Shown piece after piece: positions 37,162 to 46,821 of a stretch of DNA of 46,821 nucleotides. The translations under genes and the position numbers were made by a program. The stretch's first letter is position 1. Each line of letters begins with the position of its first letter. The notes beneath the pieces are model-generated. The model searched no databases. It saw only the letters and a program-made list of their open reading frames with translations, and was not told the DNA's origin. Source of the stretch: an uncultured Eubacteriales bacterium (GTDB taxonomy: Bacteria > Bacillota > Clostridia > Monoglobales > Monoglobaceae); assembly GCA_900545865.1 (NCBI GenBank), contig URAN01000019.1:1-46821 (forward strand), in the 5' to 3' direction.

Positions 37162-37267
37162 AGTATCGGAACAAATACCAAGCTGCATTGCAAGAAAAAT
37201 TCGGCGGGGCAAGACAACTTTAAAATTGTCTTGCCCTTGCCAATTTTGTTATATATTTATGTCGGGT

Positions 37268-38113
37268 TTATACTCCGCTGTATGCCGAAAATCCGCCGTC
37301 AATGGGTACAACAATTCCATCAACGAATGTCGCGCCCTCGGACAAAAGCCACATCAAAACGCCCGATAACTCCTCTGTTTCGCCAAAGCGTCCCATCGGT
37401 GTGTTATTGATTATTTTTTGCGAACGCTCGGTATAATTTCCGTTTTCGTCAATTAACAGACCTCTGTTCTGGTCGGTTAAAAAGAATCCCGGTGCGATTG
37501 CATTCACGCGGATTCCGACCTTTGCGAAATGAACCGCAAGCCATTGAGTAAAGTTTGAAACCGCCGCCTTTGCGCCGCTGTACGCCGGTATTCTCGTCAA
37601 AGGCGCAAAAGCGTTCATTGACGAAATGTTAATTATACTCCCCTTCGTTTTGATAAGGTCGGGCGCAAAAACCTGGGTCGGAAGCAGCGTTCCCAAAAAG
37701 TTAAGGTTAAACACAAACTCTATGCCGCTCGGGTCAAGGTCAAAAAATGACTTTATATCCTCTTTGTCCTCGTCGCCTATCTCATAGTAATCCTTTGAGG
37801 TAGTACCTTTGGGGTTGTTTCCGCCCGCGCCGTTGATAAGAATATCAACTTTGCCAAATTTTTCATTTACTTCCGCTTTCGCACTCATAAGGCTGTCTTT
37901 TCCAAGCACGTTTGCCGATATTCCCATCGCTGTGCCGCCGTTTTTGTTTATCTCATCCGCAACGGCGCTTGCATTCTCTCCCCTAAGGTCAAGAACGGCA
38001 ACTTTTGCGCCGCATTGAGCCAGAACCTTTGAAAATCCCGAACACAATATTCCGCCGCCACCCGTTACAACCGCTGTTTTATTACTTAAATCAATTTCAA
38101 ATGGTAATTTCAT
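37268..38113 (-). CDS. uxuB: SDR-family oxidoreductase, probable D-mannonate oxidoreductase (UxuB-type)
   Basis: TGGGGILCSGF Rossmann motif and the SDR catalytic region. Directly downstream of uxuA. Confidence 0.65.
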   Translation of the reverse strand: MKLPFEIDLSNKTAVVTGGGGILCSGFSKVLAQCGAKVAVLDLRGENASAVADEINKNGGTAMGISANVLGKDSLMSAKAEVNEKFGKVDILINGAGGNNPKGTTSKDYYEIGDEDKEDIKSFFDLDPSGIEFVFNLNFLGTLLPTQVFAPDLIKTKGSIINISSMNAFAPLTRIPAYSGAKAAVSNFTQWLAVHFAKVGIRVNAIAPGFFLTDQNRGLLIDENGNYTERSQKIINNTPMGRFGETEELSGVLMWLLSEGATFVDGIVVPIDGGFSAYSGV

Positions 38114-38119
38114 TATGTC

Positions 38120-39166
38120 CTATTCTCCTCTCTCGGCTCTGTCCAAAGCCTCCCAAATTCCGTTAATGTATACTGCACCGAGGGCGCGGTCATACAGGCC
38201 GTATCCCGGCCGTCCGCTCTCGCCCCATATCATTCGTCCGTGGTCGGGACGGATATATCCGTCAAAGCCGCTTTCGTGATACGCCTTGATTATTCCGTAT
38301 ATATCAAGCGAACCGCACTCTGTTTTGTGACCTGCCTCTTCGAAACAATGTTCGCCCGTAATCTTTACGTTTCTGATATGCGCAAAGTGTATTCTGTCGG
38401 CGAACGTGCGTACCATATCTATGATGTCGTTGTTCGGGTCAACGCCGAGCGAACCGCTGCAAAGCGTAAGTCCGTTGTACGGGCTGTCATACAGCTTTAA
38501 AAATCGCTCTAAGTTTTGTTTGTTCGTAATAATTCTCGGCAATCCGAAAATTCCCCAGGGCGGGTCATCGGGATGAATCGCCATTTTAACCTTTACCTCT
38601 TCGGCGGTTTTTATAACCCTGTTGAGAAAGTACTTAAGATTATCCCATAAATCCTCTTCGCTGACATTCTTGTATTGTTCAAGCAGAGCTTTCATCTCAT
38701 CTTTTGAATAACTCTCATCCCAGCCGGGCAAGGATAATTCGCCCGACAGGGGGTTCATTGCACGAACCGCGTCATTATCATAGGCGAGGGCGTGCGAACC
38801 ATCGGGTAACTCATAATTTAAGTCTGAACGCGTCCAGTCAAAGACGGGCATAAAGTTATAACAAACACAGTCTATGCCGACTTTTGCAAGATTTCTGAGA
38901 GTTTGGCAATAATTTTCAATATATAAATCGCGTTTGCCGCCGCCGAGCTTTATATCCTCGTGTACGGGCACGCTCTCTATAACCGAAAGTTCAAGCCCTG
39001 ATTTTTCGACCGTATCTTTGAGTTTTTGTATTCTCTCAACGGGCCAGACCTCTCCGACGGGAATATCATATACCGCCGAAACAATTCCTTTCATACCCGT
39101 AATCTGACGAATTTTTTCAAGTGTTACGGGGTCGTCTTCGCCGTACCATCTGAAAGTCATTTTCAT
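38120..39166 (-). CDS. uxuA: Mannonate dehydratase
   Basis: N-terminal [29 protein letters not shown] is the conserved UxuA start. Length 348 aa. Confidence 0.85.
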   Translation of the reverse strand: MKMTFRWYGEDDPVTLEKIRQITGMKGIVSAVYDIPVGEVWPVERIQKLKDTVEKSGLELSVIESVPVHEDIKLGGGKRDLYIENYCQTLRNLAKVGIDCVCYNFMPVFDWTRSDLNYELPDGSHALAYDNDAVRAMNPLSGELSLPGWDESYSKDEMKALLEQYKNVSEEDLWDNLKYFLNRVIKTAEEVKVKMAIHPDDPPWGIFGLPRIITNKQNLERFLKLYDSPYNGLTLCSGSLGVDPNNDIIDMVRTFADRIHFAHIRNVKITGEHCFEEAGHKTECGSLDIYGIIKAYHESGFDGYIRPDHGRMIWGESGRPGYGLYDRALGAVYINGIWEALDRAERGE

Positions 39167-39179
39167 TTAAGTTTCCTCC

Positions 39180-40181
39180 TTATTTACGCACAAACGTTTT
39201 TACATCGGTCGGAACAGCCCCGTTCGCCGCACTGTTATAGATTGCAAACATAGTGTACATCGTGTTTTGTATATCAATCGGACGCAATCCGGTATTGTGA
39301 CAATAATAGTCCGAAATTACCTTTTCGTGACCGTTGCCCCAATATTTTTTTCCGACAAAACTATCGCTGTTTTTGCATATGAGCTTGTCATCCCGATAAA
39401 GCGCATTTTTATAGTACGAAAGCACAGCGTTTTCGAACTTTAGTTCCATTTGAAACGGCGAATCCTCGCAATACGCATTTGTCGCATAAAAGATTCCGTC
39501 TGCGCCGTTTTTGAACTTTAACCGCGCGTCAATCGTATCTTCGGTTTCTATTATTCCGCGCAGGGAATTATTCGCCGCCTCGGCTGAAACAGCCGCAACC
39601 TCGCCGCCCGTATAAATCATCAAATCAAGCAGGTGTACCGCCTGGTTTATCAAAACGCCGCCGCCCTCATATGCAACCGTTCCGCGCCACGCGGCGGAGT
39701 TATAATAATCCGCCGTTCTGTGCCACGTTAAAATTCCTTTTGCTCCGATAAGCTTTCCGATGCTTGCATCAGTGTCTATTATCTTCTTCATCTCGCAAAT
39801 GCTCCGATTGGTACGATTCTGAAGGACAGGCAAAATATCCGCGTCCGCATACTCCGAAAGCAATGCGTCAAACTCGCCTTGCTTCATAACAAGCGGCTTT
39901 TCGCAAACAATTTTTTTACCTGCGTCCGCCGCAGCCTTTATCATTTCATAATGCAGATAATGCGGCGTACATATATGTATGCCGTCAATATTCTTATCGG
40001 CAACAACATCGGCATAATCATAATATGCCGATGTCCCGTATTCCGCCGCGCCGCTGTCGGCACGGCTTTTGTCAACATCACAAATGCCACAGATATTTAC
40101 GCCTTCCGTTTTAATAACGGCTTGGGCATGAACCTTGGCAATCGCACCGTTTCCCACAATACAAATATTCATATTATTCAA
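39180..40181 (-). CDS. Gfo/Idh/MocA-family NAD(P)-dependent oxidoreductase
   Basis: MNICIVGNGAIAKVHAQA Rossmann N-terminus. EKP motif (CEKPLVM). Confidence 0.8.
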   Translation of the reverse strand: MNNMNICIVGNGAIAKVHAQAVIKTEGVNICGICDVDKSRADSGAAEYGTSAYYDYADVVADKNIDGIHICTPHYLHYEMIKAAADAGKKIVCEKPLVMKQGEFDALLSEYADADILPVLQNRTNRSICEMKKIIDTDASIGKLIGAKGILTWHRTADYYNSAAWRGTVAYEGGGVLINQAVHLLDLMIYTGGEVAAVSAEAANNSLRGIIETEDTIDARLKFKNGADGIFYATNAYCEDSPFQMELKFENAVLSYYKNALYRDDKLICKNSDSFVGKKYWGNGHEKVISDYYCHNTGLRPIDIQNTMYTMFAIYNSAANGAVPTDVKTFVRK

Positions 40182-40935
40182 ACCCCTTTTGGCTTAAAAA
40201 TTTATAGCTCCTCTCAAGACAAACAAAGGGATCATCGTCACAAACATCCTGTTCAACAAGGGCATATTTTGCCTCAGAATCATCACACGCCGCGATAATT
40301 TCATCCCAGTCAAGATTGCCGTATCCTATCTCGGCAAATTTTTGTTTGTGCCAGTCAATTTTTAAATCTTTAAAATGTATGCACGCAAGTCTGTCGCCGT
40401 AAGCTCTTATGAATTTGGCAGGGTTGATTCCGGCATACGCAAGCCAATAAACATCGAGAATCAGCTTTAAGTTATCCGATTTAAAGCCGCCGAGCATCAT
40501 ATCCATAATGAATCTGCCGTCCTCTTTCATAAACTCCCAGCAGTGGTTGTGATACGCAAAGGTCAACCCCTCAGCGCCGAGACGTTCGGCAACGGGCGAA
40601 AATTCCTCGATAAATCTTTTTACGCTGCCGCTTGTCGCTTCGCCGTAAGGCATTGCGCCCAGCCCTGCAACGTCACAACCGATGATTTTATGAAATTCAA
40701 TCTCTTTTTCGATATTGTTTAAATAGTTATCCGCGGGACGGTGAGTGCAAACGGCTTTCAGATTATTTTTGTCAAGAATCGCCTTTATGTCATTCGGGTC
40801 AAAATCACCGATAGCCGAAAGCTGAACCGTTTTATATCCTATCTTTGATACCTTTTCACATGACTTTTCAAAATCATCAAGAGTCTGACAAAAGTCACGA
40901 ATTGTATAATATTGTGCTCCTATTCTTTTATCCAT
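40174..40935 (-). CDS. Sugar phosphate isomerase/epimerase (xylose-isomerase-like TIM barrel)
   Basis: AP_endonuc_2-type TIM barrel features. Confidence 0.7.
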   Translation of the reverse strand: MDKRIGAQYYTIRDFCQTLDDFEKSCEKVSKIGYKTVQLSAIGDFDPNDIKAILDKNNLKAVCTHRPADNYLNNIEKEIEFHKIIGCDVAGLGAMPYGEATSGSVKRFIEEFSPVAERLGAEGLTFAYHNHCWEFMKEDGRFIMDMMLGGFKSDNLKLILDVYWLAYAGINPAKFIRAYGDRLACIHFKDLKIDWHKQKFAEIGYGNLDWDEIIAACDDSEAKYALVEQDVCDDDPFVCLERSYKFLSQKGFE

Positions 40936-40949
40936 ACTTTTTCACCTCA

Positions 40950-42122
40950 TTAATATGTTCCGATTGTGTCACCCGTTTTTTGAACCACGTTTGACTTATC
41001 AACCTTTGAGTTTTTAATCTTTTCTTGTAATATCCGATAAAAATCATCGTGAGGAAAGTTTTTAACGTCAACAGTCGAATTTGTCCATGCCGAATAATGA
41101 ATTGAGTTTGAAACGGTAAGCCCGTTTACGCCCTCAACGCCCGGCGCGAGCAGGGGTGTTCCTTTTATGAGCGCCGATGCAACATTCTTTAATATTCCGA
41201 CGTGCTGTTCGCCTGTTCCGTTTGTCGGAATCTCACAGTTCCAAACATCGGGCGATCCGAAAACGCCCTTAAAGTTCTTGTTAAACTCACGCTCGGAAAC
41301 CTCATTGCGGTTAAATGTCATCTTTCCGTTTTCAACCACGATACGACCCATATCGCACGCTATTTCAAGGCGGTTTGTTCCGGGCGCTTCGCCCGTTGAG
41401 GTTATATATGTACCCGTTGTGCCGTTGTCATATTCAAAATATGCGGTAACATCGTCCTCAACCTCTATATCATAATACTTGCCGAATGAAACAAAAGATT
41501 TGATTCTGTCGGGCATACCGAACATCCATTGCCAAAGGTCAAGCTGATGCGGATTTTGGTTTATAAGCGCGCCGCCGCCCTCTGTTTTCCATGTTGAGCG
41601 CCAAGCACAGCTGTCATGATATGCCTGAGGTCTGTACCAATCGGTGATAATCCACGAAATACGCTTGATATGTCCGAGTTCGCCGTTTTTAACCATCTTG
41701 CGGATTTTTTGATACATCGGGTTTGTGCGCTGGTTATACATAATACCGAAAAGCTTTCCCGATTTTTCCGCCGCTGCGTTCATCTCGAGAACCTGTTTGG
41801 TATAAACGCCCGCAGGTTTTTCGGTTATAACGTTCAAGCCGTATTCAAACGCCTTTTCGGCAAGACCGGGGTGGTCATAGTGCGGTACGGCAATGATTAC
41901 CAAATCACAAAGGCCGCTCTTGTACAAATCCTCGGCATTGTCAAACACGGGAACATCGGGGTGCTTTTCTTTTGCCGCCTCTATTCTTGCCGGTGCAATA
42001 TCGCATATGGCGGTAAGCTCCATTTTGGGAACTTTGCCCGATGCAACATTGCCGCAATGCGCTGTTCCCATATTACCGAATCCGATAACGCCAAGTCTTA
42101 CTTTTTTCAATTTTTCACTCAT
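40950..42122 (-). CDS. Gfo/Idh/MocA-family oxidoreductase
   Basis: VRLGVIGFGNMGTAH Rossmann N-terminus. EKP motif (TEKPAGV). Confidence 0.8.
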   Translation of the reverse strand: MSEKLKKVRLGVIGFGNMGTAHCGNVASGKVPKMELTAICDIAPARIEAAKEKHPDVPVFDNAEDLYKSGLCDLVIIAVPHYDHPGLAEKAFEYGLNVITEKPAGVYTKQVLEMNAAAEKSGKLFGIMYNQRTNPMYQKIRKMVKNGELGHIKRISWIITDWYRPQAYHDSCAWRSTWKTEGGGALINQNPHQLDLWQWMFGMPDRIKSFVSFGKYYDIEVEDDVTAYFEYDNGTTGTYITSTGEAPGTNRLEIACDMGRIVVENGKMTFNRNEVSEREFNKNFKGVFGSPDVWNCEIPTNGTGEQHVGILKNVASALIKGTPLLAPGVEGVNGLTVSNSIHYSAWTNSTVDVKNFPHDDFYRILQEKIKNSKVDKSNVVQKTGDTIGTY

Positions 42123-42126
42123 AATC

Positions 42127-42987
42127 CTAAATCCTCTCCAAAATATTTTTTAAACTCTGATATGCCAATTCGAACTTTCCGACATCCGACTTTTCAAGAC
42201 CTTTCATCATATCTCCGTTTTCCAGATTCGAAAGACCCTCAAATTCGCCGAGGTGCGGCTCTAAGCTCAAAAATCCGTGATAATCGTCAGCCTTTAAATC
42301 CTTTAAGATGCACTCTATTTTGCCTATACCGAAACCTGCCGGGACAACGTGCCCGTCCTCTTTTGCGTCTTTTATGTGCATATATTCGATATAGGGCTTC
42401 ATCTCGTTAAAACCGTCGGGATATACCGCCTGTCCGCACTGAATAAAGTTCGCCGGGTCAAACACCGCGCGCAAATTATTTGAATTTACCGTCTTTAATA
42501 TGTCGGCACATCTCGGCGCAATATCGCCGTAAATTCCCTTTTCGTTTTCATGCAGCAACACAACATCCTCTTTTTCGGCAAGCCTTGTCATTTCGGTCAT
42601 ACGGCGCATAACCTCATCGCGGAATTCCGCGGCATCCTTGTCTTTCGGGATATAAAAGCTGAATACACGAATGTATTTCGTTCCCAAAATTTTAGCCGTT
42701 GAAATAATCCTCTTTAAAATCTCTAAATGTTCGTCAAAGTCATCGTCTATACCGATTTTTCCTATAGGCGAGCCTATCGATGATACTTTTATGCCGAATT
42801 TATCCATTTTTGCTTTGAGCTGTTGTGCTTCGTTCTCATTTAGATTTGCAATGTTTTTTCCGTCAATGTTCCGCGGTTCAAAATAAGATATTCCGAGACG
42901 ATTCAGATTTTCAAACTGAATGTCGGTTGACGCGTCAATTTCGTCCGAAAACCCCGATATTACAAAATTTTCGTTCATACCAATCAC
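42127..42987 (-). CDS. Sugar phosphate isomerase/epimerase (TIM barrel)
   Basis: Xylose-isomerase-like TIM barrel signature (HENEKGIYGD, SLEPHLGEF). Confidence 0.7.
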   Translation of the reverse strand: MIGMNENFVISGFSDEIDASTDIQFENLNRLGISYFEPRNIDGKNIANLNENEAQQLKAKMDKFGIKVSSIGSPIGKIGIDDDFDEHLEILKRIISTAKILGTKYIRVFSFYIPKDKDAAEFRDEVMRRMTEMTRLAEKEDVVLLHENEKGIYGDIAPRCADILKTVNSNNLRAVFDPANFIQCGQAVYPDGFNEMKPYIEYMHIKDAKEDGHVVPAGFGIGKIECILKDLKADDYHGFLSLEPHLGEFEGLSNLENGDMMKGLEKSDVGKFELAYQSLKNILERI

Positions 42988-43114
42988 CGTTTCCTCTCTG
43001 ATTGTAAAATTTCCTGCCCACGCAGTCTTATGCTTTAATTATAACACCTATTTACGGATTTACATTCAAAATATTGCTCTAAACATTGCAAATATTGACT
43101 TTTTTATTCGAATT

Positions 43115-43157
43115 CAAAAAAACAAGAGGTCTGCCGCAAGGCAAACCTCTTGTTTTT
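43115..43157 (-). terminator. Bidirectional rho-independent terminator
   Basis: ACAAGAGGT...ACCTCTTGT 9-bp stem flanked by A-run and T-run. Downstream of the 736-aa gene. Confidence 0.65.
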
Positions 43158-43182
43158 AAGTTATTATTTGAGTTCGGGAATC

Positions 43183-45393
43183 TTATCCCACTATCTCATC
43201 AGGGTCATCATATGCGGTTCTTGCGGGAATGACCCAAATCATCTGAGTACTCTCGTCCCACTCAACGCGGCAATCCAATGCGTCTGTTATATCGCGAAGC
43301 TTAAAATAATTATTTCCTTCTATATTATAACAGGTCGCCTTAATCGGTACGCCGTCAAGCGTTAAAAATGCCGATGATGAAAACGCCGTTCTTTCCGTGC
43401 CGTCGCCCGGTGTCAATTCGCCGCCGACCGATGTGTAATCATAAAAGCTCAGCATATCGATTGAATTTGTTGCTTCGTCATACTTAATGTCAAAGGTTTT
43501 TATTGTTCCGTCAAGGATTTTTGCAATGTCTCTGAGCTTAAAGTAGTTATTGTCATCGATATTATATGCAACGGTGTTGTATTTGAGACCATCCAAACAA
43601 ACTGTCTGAGTTTTTGCAACAGAGTTTTTGCTGAATCCGTTTCCGGGATAATAGGTAAACGTATCATGCTGATCATCCTCGTGAACCAGATAGCGAATCT
43701 CTCCGTCATAGAAAATAGTATAGATTTTTCCTGTTATAATCCATGGTTCTATATCAGATGGGTCTATCCCGGGAATATCCCTCATATCCGCATCACGGTC
43801 AAACGAAAATTCCTCGATACCGTATACATTTACCCATTCTCTGTCGTGTATTTTATTTATGTCACCGTTGTTTGAACTAATCCACTCACTGTACTCTGAC
43901 ATCTTATCCATATCAACGTTGATATATCCGTAACGATATTCTTTCAGCTTTGCAAGGCCCTCGGCAGAATAAGTCAGTGCACCCCATTCGCCCCAAGGCG
44001 TATCTACCGACAGAACGCCGATAGGTGTGCCGAGTGCCGCGGTATCCTCTGCGGACAGGGTTTTGGTTAATTCATCGAGATTGCTTGTCGGAATGTAACA
44101 TTCCTTTGAGTTGAACCAGATTTTTGAATTCGTTCCGTCATAGTCCAACTCGATAACATCGATTGCTGCGCCTTTTTTTACCGCCCCAACAACCGAAGAA
44201 CCGTCGGAAATATCACAGTCAGCTGCCGCTATTGCTTTATATCGGGTTGTCGGTTTTTTAGTATTTGCAAGCTGTGCGTTCACATACTTTGATTCAACAT
44301 AATAAAGACCTTTTTTATAATAAATCTTATAATGACCGTTCTGCGGCGTTGCGTCAACTATTTGAACGGACTGATTGATTTTAATAACGCCCGATTTTAC
44401 ATAATCCGTATCATCAGGGGTGGTCTTAACCATCAAAAGACCGGTTGCCCTGCCTACCGCCTCGATTTTCGGAGGTTCCGATACCTGATTGTTAATATCT
44501 AAAATATAACAATTTTTTCTCGGCAGGAAATATACTCCCGGTTTCCAGCTTGTGAAAGCAGTACCGTCTTTTTCGCCGCACTGTCTGATTGTACCGCGCG
44601 ATTCGTCAACGCCGCCCTCGCTCCATACGGCAACCCAATCCTCGTTATACGCGACAACTTCAAACTCACTCGTTGTTGTAACATAAAACGCCGTGTTTGC
44701 GTTTGATTGTGTTTTTGTTTTTTCGGCAAACGGAGGGTCATACCCTATCGCCTTAAGCTCATCAAGTCTCTGTGCGTGATAGTTAATCGGCGGATTACCG
44801 GGATAGAACGAAGCTTTTACCGAACCGATTTTTCCTTCATCACCTATGTGTACAACAGCCATACCCACAAGCGGCAATGATGCCGGGCGGTCGTGTCTTA
44901 CCCATTCCGTCGGTACCTTGGCATAAAAATTCCTTTCTTTACCCTCGGTTGTCTTACTTCCGCCGTAGATATAATCGGAAAGAAATGTCATCTCTATTGC
45001 GTGCTGATACTTGTCGGGGTCCGAAGTCTCCCATTGTTTGTTCAGCTCTTTTTCGGCCGTTGCGGCGGATTTAAGTATCGGTGTTGTTTCCCGAGCCGTT
45101 GTATAAGCAAGGACATACCCAACCGTGCCGTCGGAAAGCTGAATTTTATGAAATTTTCTGTTGTCCTCTCCAACCACATAAGCCTCCAGAACCGTCACCC
45201 TTGCCCCTTTGTTGACCTCACCTATGCCACCCGAATAAGTGGGGTTTTGGGTAACCAGTACAGTGCCGCCGTATGTAACATATGCGGTATCGCCGTCCTT
45301 TATCTCGGCCGCAAAAACCGAAAGGCTTCCGAATGTCGTCATAAGCATAATTGCGCATAAAATTGCACAAATTATTCTGTTCTTCATCATCAT
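43183..45393 (-). CDS. Secreted cell-wall-associated protein with N-terminal SH3b-like domain and two C-terminal copper-amine-oxidase-N-terminal-like (stalk) domains
   Basis: Signal peptide. C-terminal YNIDDNNYFKLRDIAKILDG and YNIEGNNYFKLRDITDALD repeats. Confidence 0.6.
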   Translation of the reverse strand: MMMKNRIICAILCAIMLMTTFGSLSVFAAEIKDGDTAYVTYGGTVLVTQNPTYSGGIGEVNKGARVTVLEAYVVGEDNRKFHKIQLSDGTVGYVLAYTTARETTPILKSAATAEKELNKQWETSDPDKYQHAIEMTFLSDYIYGGSKTTEGKERNFYAKVPTEWVRHDRPASLPLVGMAVVHIGDEGKIGSVKASFYPGNPPINYHAQRLDELKAIGYDPPFAEKTKTQSNANTAFYVTTTSEFEVVAYNEDWVAVWSEGGVDESRGTIRQCGEKDGTAFTSWKPGVYFLPRKNCYILDINNQVSEPPKIEAVGRATGLLMVKTTPDDTDYVKSGVIKINQSVQIVDATPQNGHYKIYYKKGLYYVESKYVNAQLANTKKPTTRYKAIAAADCDISDGSSVVGAVKKGAAIDVIELDYDGTNSKIWFNSKECYIPTSNLDELTKTLSAEDTAALGTPIGVLSVDTPWGEWGALTYSAEGLAKLKEYRYGYINVDMDKMSEYSEWISSNNGDINKIHDREWVNVYGIEEFSFDRDADMRDIPGIDPSDIEPWIITGKIYTIFYDGEIRYLVHEDDQHDTFTYYPGNGFSKNSVAKTQTVCLDGLKYNTVAYNIDDNNYFKLRDIAKILDGTIKTFDIKYDEATNSIDMLSFYDYTSVGGELTPGDGTERTAFSSSAFLTLDGVPIKATCYNIEGNNYFKLRDITDALDCRVEWDESTQMIWVIPARTAYDDPDEIVG

Positions 45394-45492
45394 AAACTCC
45401 TTTTGCTGTAATTTTATATTTTATTTTATAATTATTTATGTTACAATTCAACCCCGTATGTCATAACTTGCAAAAAAACGTCATAACTTGCA

Positions 45493-46764
45493 TCAATTTT
45501 TGAGTGTGGCAAAGACATTGAACACGCCGCCGGTATCATCAATTTTTAAAAAACCGCCGTTTAATTTCAATATTGCGTTTGCACTCTTTATTCCAAAACC
45601 GCTGCCCGTCGGCTTGGTTGTCACATATTCGCCGTCGGAATCCTTTTTTATCTCGCCGTCAAAATCGTTTTTTATATTAAGCGAAAGTTGTTTGTTAAGG
45701 GGTTTTATCGTTACGCTTATATACGATTTTGCGGCATCGAGACTGTTTTCGATAAAGTTCGAAAGCATCACGCAAAACTCCGTTTCGTCACACGCAAGAT
45801 TTTGGGGCATTTGAATTTGAGCTGAAAATTCTATGCCCGAACGTTTTGCCTTTAAAAAATATTCGCTCAGAACCGCATTAACAATCGTATTTGAACAAAA
45901 TCCGAGTTCAGTGTTTTTTTGAATATAGTCAAGTTCTTTTTTAATCAAAGCCTTTGCTTTGTCAACGCTTCCGATTTCGAGATAATTAAGCAATATATCC
46001 GCACGGTGTCTTGCGTCATGACGGAATATCCTTTCCGTCTCGGCTTTTTGGCAATAAAATTCATACTGTTTTTTCTGAAGGGCGACTTGTTCTTTCATAC
46101 TTTGCGCAAGATTCTGTTTCTCCATTGATTCGCTTACCGTTTTAAAGGTATAGAACATAAGAATGTACACCAAAAGCATAAGAATATGCACCACAAGCAA
46201 TATGGGATAGTTTCTTGTATAACCGTAAAAATCTTTGAAATAAAGATTTATAATATAAATCAGCAAGGTAAAAAACATCGGTATAAATGAAAAGATCCAC
46301 CAATTTACATCCAATTTATCCATAATTCGGCGATGCATTTTCTTTAAAAACCTGTTGTATATCACAAAATACCCCAAGAACATCGCAAGCCGTAAAAATG
46401 TCAGCATAATTTCGTTTTTGAATGTATAATCATCTATAAACGCCGAAAAATTCGAAATGATTCCATACACGTTTATCCAAAGCCAAAAGTTGAATACCGT
46501 CTGTGAAATTTTGTCGTTTGTAATAAGCAGAATCAACAGAAAATACGGCAGACCGATTGTGAACAAAATCGCCATACGCAGCGTCTCCGATCCCCAACGC
46601 ACGGCGATATACGAATTTATTATAAGACACAGCGCGGTTACCGCGGCAAAGTATACGTATGCGCGTTTTGTCGGTACGCGATAGTTCATCATTGAATATC
46701 CGTCAAGAGTACATACAAAAAGAATGGCGAACAGAGAAAAAACACCGGTAAAAGAATTCATCAC
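45493..46764 (-). CDS. AgrC/VirS-like GHKL sensor histidine kinase (HPK10 family), 6-7 TM
   Basis: Polytopic N-terminus. H-box HDARHRADILLNY. C-terminal GSGFGIKSANAILKLNGGF HATPase motif. Confidence 0.7.
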   Translation of the reverse strand: MMNSFTGVFSLFAILFVCTLDGYSMMNYRVPTKRAYVYFAAVTALCLIINSYIAVRWGSETLRMAILFTIGLPYFLLILLITNDKISQTVFNFWLWINVYGIISNFSAFIDDYTFKNEIMLTFLRLAMFLGYFVIYNRFLKKMHRRIMDKLDVNWWIFSFIPMFFTLLIYIINLYFKDFYGYTRNYPILLVVHILMLLVYILMFYTFKTVSESMEKQNLAQSMKEQVALQKKQYEFYCQKAETERIFRHDARHRADILLNYLEIGSVDKAKALIKKELDYIQKNTELGFCSNTIVNAVLSEYFLKAKRSGIEFSAQIQMPQNLACDETEFCVMLSNFIENSLDAAKSYISVTIKPLNKQLSLNIKNDFDGEIKKDSDGEYVTTKPTGSGFGIKSANAILKLNGGFLKIDDTGGVFNVFATLKN

Positions 46765-46821
46765 CGCACGTATAATAAAAATCAGTCAGAAAGGGGCTGA
46801 TTTTTATTATTTCTCCCTTCT

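Noticed and set aside
1-46821. CRISPR arrays, tRNA or rRNA genes
   Set aside because: No regularly spaced direct repeats and no cloverleaf-compatible or rRNA-like sequence were seen. The 22-bp direct repeats at 14378 and 20246 are att sites, not a CRISPR array.

Overview
This window looks like a low-GC Firmicutes (Clostridia-like) chromosome segment; the taxon is a guess from composition and gene content. Nearly all genes lie on the minus strand. No rRNA, tRNA or CRISPR array was seen. From left to right the window contains the following.

- 119-9316: an exopolysaccharide locus with GT1/GT2 glycosyltransferases, a priming sugar transferase, a pyruvyl-transferase-like protein, two Wzz-like bitopic membrane proteins and a Wzy-like polymerase. 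All genes are translationally coupled.
- 9373-10594: directly upstream, a 249-bp promoter-bearing segment bounded by perfectly inverted 24-bp recombination sites, next to a XerC/D-type tyrosine recombinase. This is a candidate phase-variation switch for the polysaccharide locus, currently in the OFF orientation.
- 10828-13234: a Fur-family regulator, a NapH-like 4Fe-4S membrane protein and a TlpA-like thioredoxin lipoprotein.
- 13605-14170: a ~210-bp GC-rich nested palindromic element in an AT-rich spacer, followed by the HU gene.
- 14378-20267: a ~5.9-kb integrative element bounded by perfect 22-bp direct repeats. It carries an integrase, an excisionase, an XRE regulator, a face-to-face consensus promoter switch and membrane/lipoprotein cargo.
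- 20726-33466: a ~12.7-kb unidirectional envelope gene cluster rich in zinc-ribbon proteins (at least six proteins, about 11 ribbons). It includes a YdjG/YdjH/YdjI-like module (zinc-ribbon membrane protein, TPM-domain protein, SPFH/Band-7 protein) with no PspA gene, plus a HEAT-repeat lipoprotein, an LRR+SLH surface protein and a 1109-aa surface protein with Listeria-Bacteroides repeats.
- 33996-36933: a solute-binding lipoprotein gene paired with a two-pass transmembrane LuxR-type one-component regulator. The long leader carries a 4-copy repeat motif array.
- 37268-42987: a uronate/sugar catabolic cluster (uxuA, an SDR uxuB-like gene, and two Gfo/Idh/MocA oxidoreductase plus TIM-barrel isomerase pairs).
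- 43183-46764: an SH3b plus Cu-amine-oxidase-N-like surface protein, and an AgrC-like GHKL sensor histidine kinase at the window edge.
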